IMG/VR virus record: IMGVR_UViG_3300046000_004279 | Location: 1 to 64,000 of that record | Reading direction: 5' to 3' (one strand) | Source of the DNA: a virus | Length of the DNA: 64,000 bases | Shown here: in pieces, positions 63,322 to 64,000 of the stretch | Position numbering within the stretch: position 1 is the first letter of the stretch | Layout: the number at the start of each line of letters is the position of its first letter | Position numbers and translations under genes: made by a program | The notes under the pieces: model-generated | Seen by the model: the letters and a program-made list of their open reading frames with translations, nothing else | What the model was told of the DNA's origin: nothing | The model's database searches: none

Positions 63322-64000
63322 TATCACAGAAACATCACAGGATTACTACAACAAGATAATCACAACACTTAATAATCCTCTCAATCTTACTAAAGAACTG
63401 GTAGAACAAATGCCAGAACCTAAGGAATATCCAAATTCTAAATTTGTTGAGAGAGTGATAGTTCCACGTTCTTTGGTTAATTATGACAGATCAAAACAAC
63501 CTAGGGATAAACTTAACGATAAAAAACACTTACAAGATCTCAAGAACGATTATGAGGTTTATGGTATTCGAACGGAAAAATATCCACCTATTGTTAAGAA
63601 ATCAACTGACAGCACAAATGAACATCTTCTAGAAGGTGTTGGAGGGTGGCATCGTAACGAAACTCTGTCACAAATTGACCAAGAGTTTTATGTCTATGAC
63701 ATCTACAAGTTCGATTCTCCTTGGGCAGAACGTGTCGTGAGGAATGGATCTAACTGGTCAACTGGGCCCGCCAAGACACAGTCTCGAAATGACTACATAA
63801 AAGAGATTTGTAATGCTGTAGAAGCTGGTGAAATTTCATCTGATGAAGAATCTATTGATAAAGCAATCGAAGAAATTGCAGCAGATACTACAGCAAAAAC
63901 CCGTAGATTTATCAAGAAAGAAGTAATTGCAAATACTCAAGTAATTGCTAACTTCCGTACATATAATCCTGAAGGTGGTCTGAAATCCAATAACTCAGTT
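63308..64000 (+). CDS. ParB-like N-terminal domain protein (3' truncated)
   Basis: Frame open to the window end; QPR...PPIV...GGWHR. Confidence 0.5.
   Translation, partial: MKKDNITETSQDYYNKIITTLNNPLNLTKELVEQMPEPKEYPNSKFVERVIVPRSLVNYDRSKQPRDKLNDKKHLQDLKNDYEVYGIRTEKYPPIVKKSTDSTNEHLLEGVGGWHRNETLSQIDQEFYVYDIYKFDSPWAERVVRNGSNWSTGPAKTQSRNDYIKEICNAVEAGEISSDEESIDKAIEEIAADTTAKTRRFIKKEVIANTQVIANFRTYNPEGGLKSNNSV

Overview
Gene-dense segment of a large T4-like (myovirus-type) phage genome, almost all on the + strand. Evidence: TATAAATA late promoters, sigma70-type early promoters, T4-type RNase H, GIY-YIG nuclease, nrdAB, glutaredoxin, phoH, spanins and capsid-targeted internal proteins. The host is probably an alphaproteobacterium, judged from a circularly permuted two-piece tmRNA and a tRNA-His with A73 and no G-1. 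In order, the window holds: two SleB hydrolases, pstS with Pho-box-like repeats, a B12 radical SAM gene and tmRNA; a 7-kb oxygenase/desaturase/ACP cluster; early-promoter cassettes; a late block of proteins with T4-like capsid-targeting N-termini (ligase-like, HIGH nucleotidyltransferase, P-loop kinase); nucleotide metabolism genes; a glycosyltransferase cluster; a 10-kb tRNA region (about 27 tRNA or tRNA-like genes covering every amino acid except Lys); and a radical SAM/SPASM/carbamoyltransferase cluster. The best candidate for an undescribed system is regulation of the tRNA array. A 28-codon leader peptide using 17 different amino acids sits on a mutually exclusive antiterminator/terminator just upstream of tRNA genes, suggesting an attenuator that senses general tRNA depletion. 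The same region has two rrn-like boxA leaders with long processing stems, several tRNA mimics, and a tRNA-Trp duplicate whose loop reads UCA. All family calls come from motif recognition by eye; no database searches were run.
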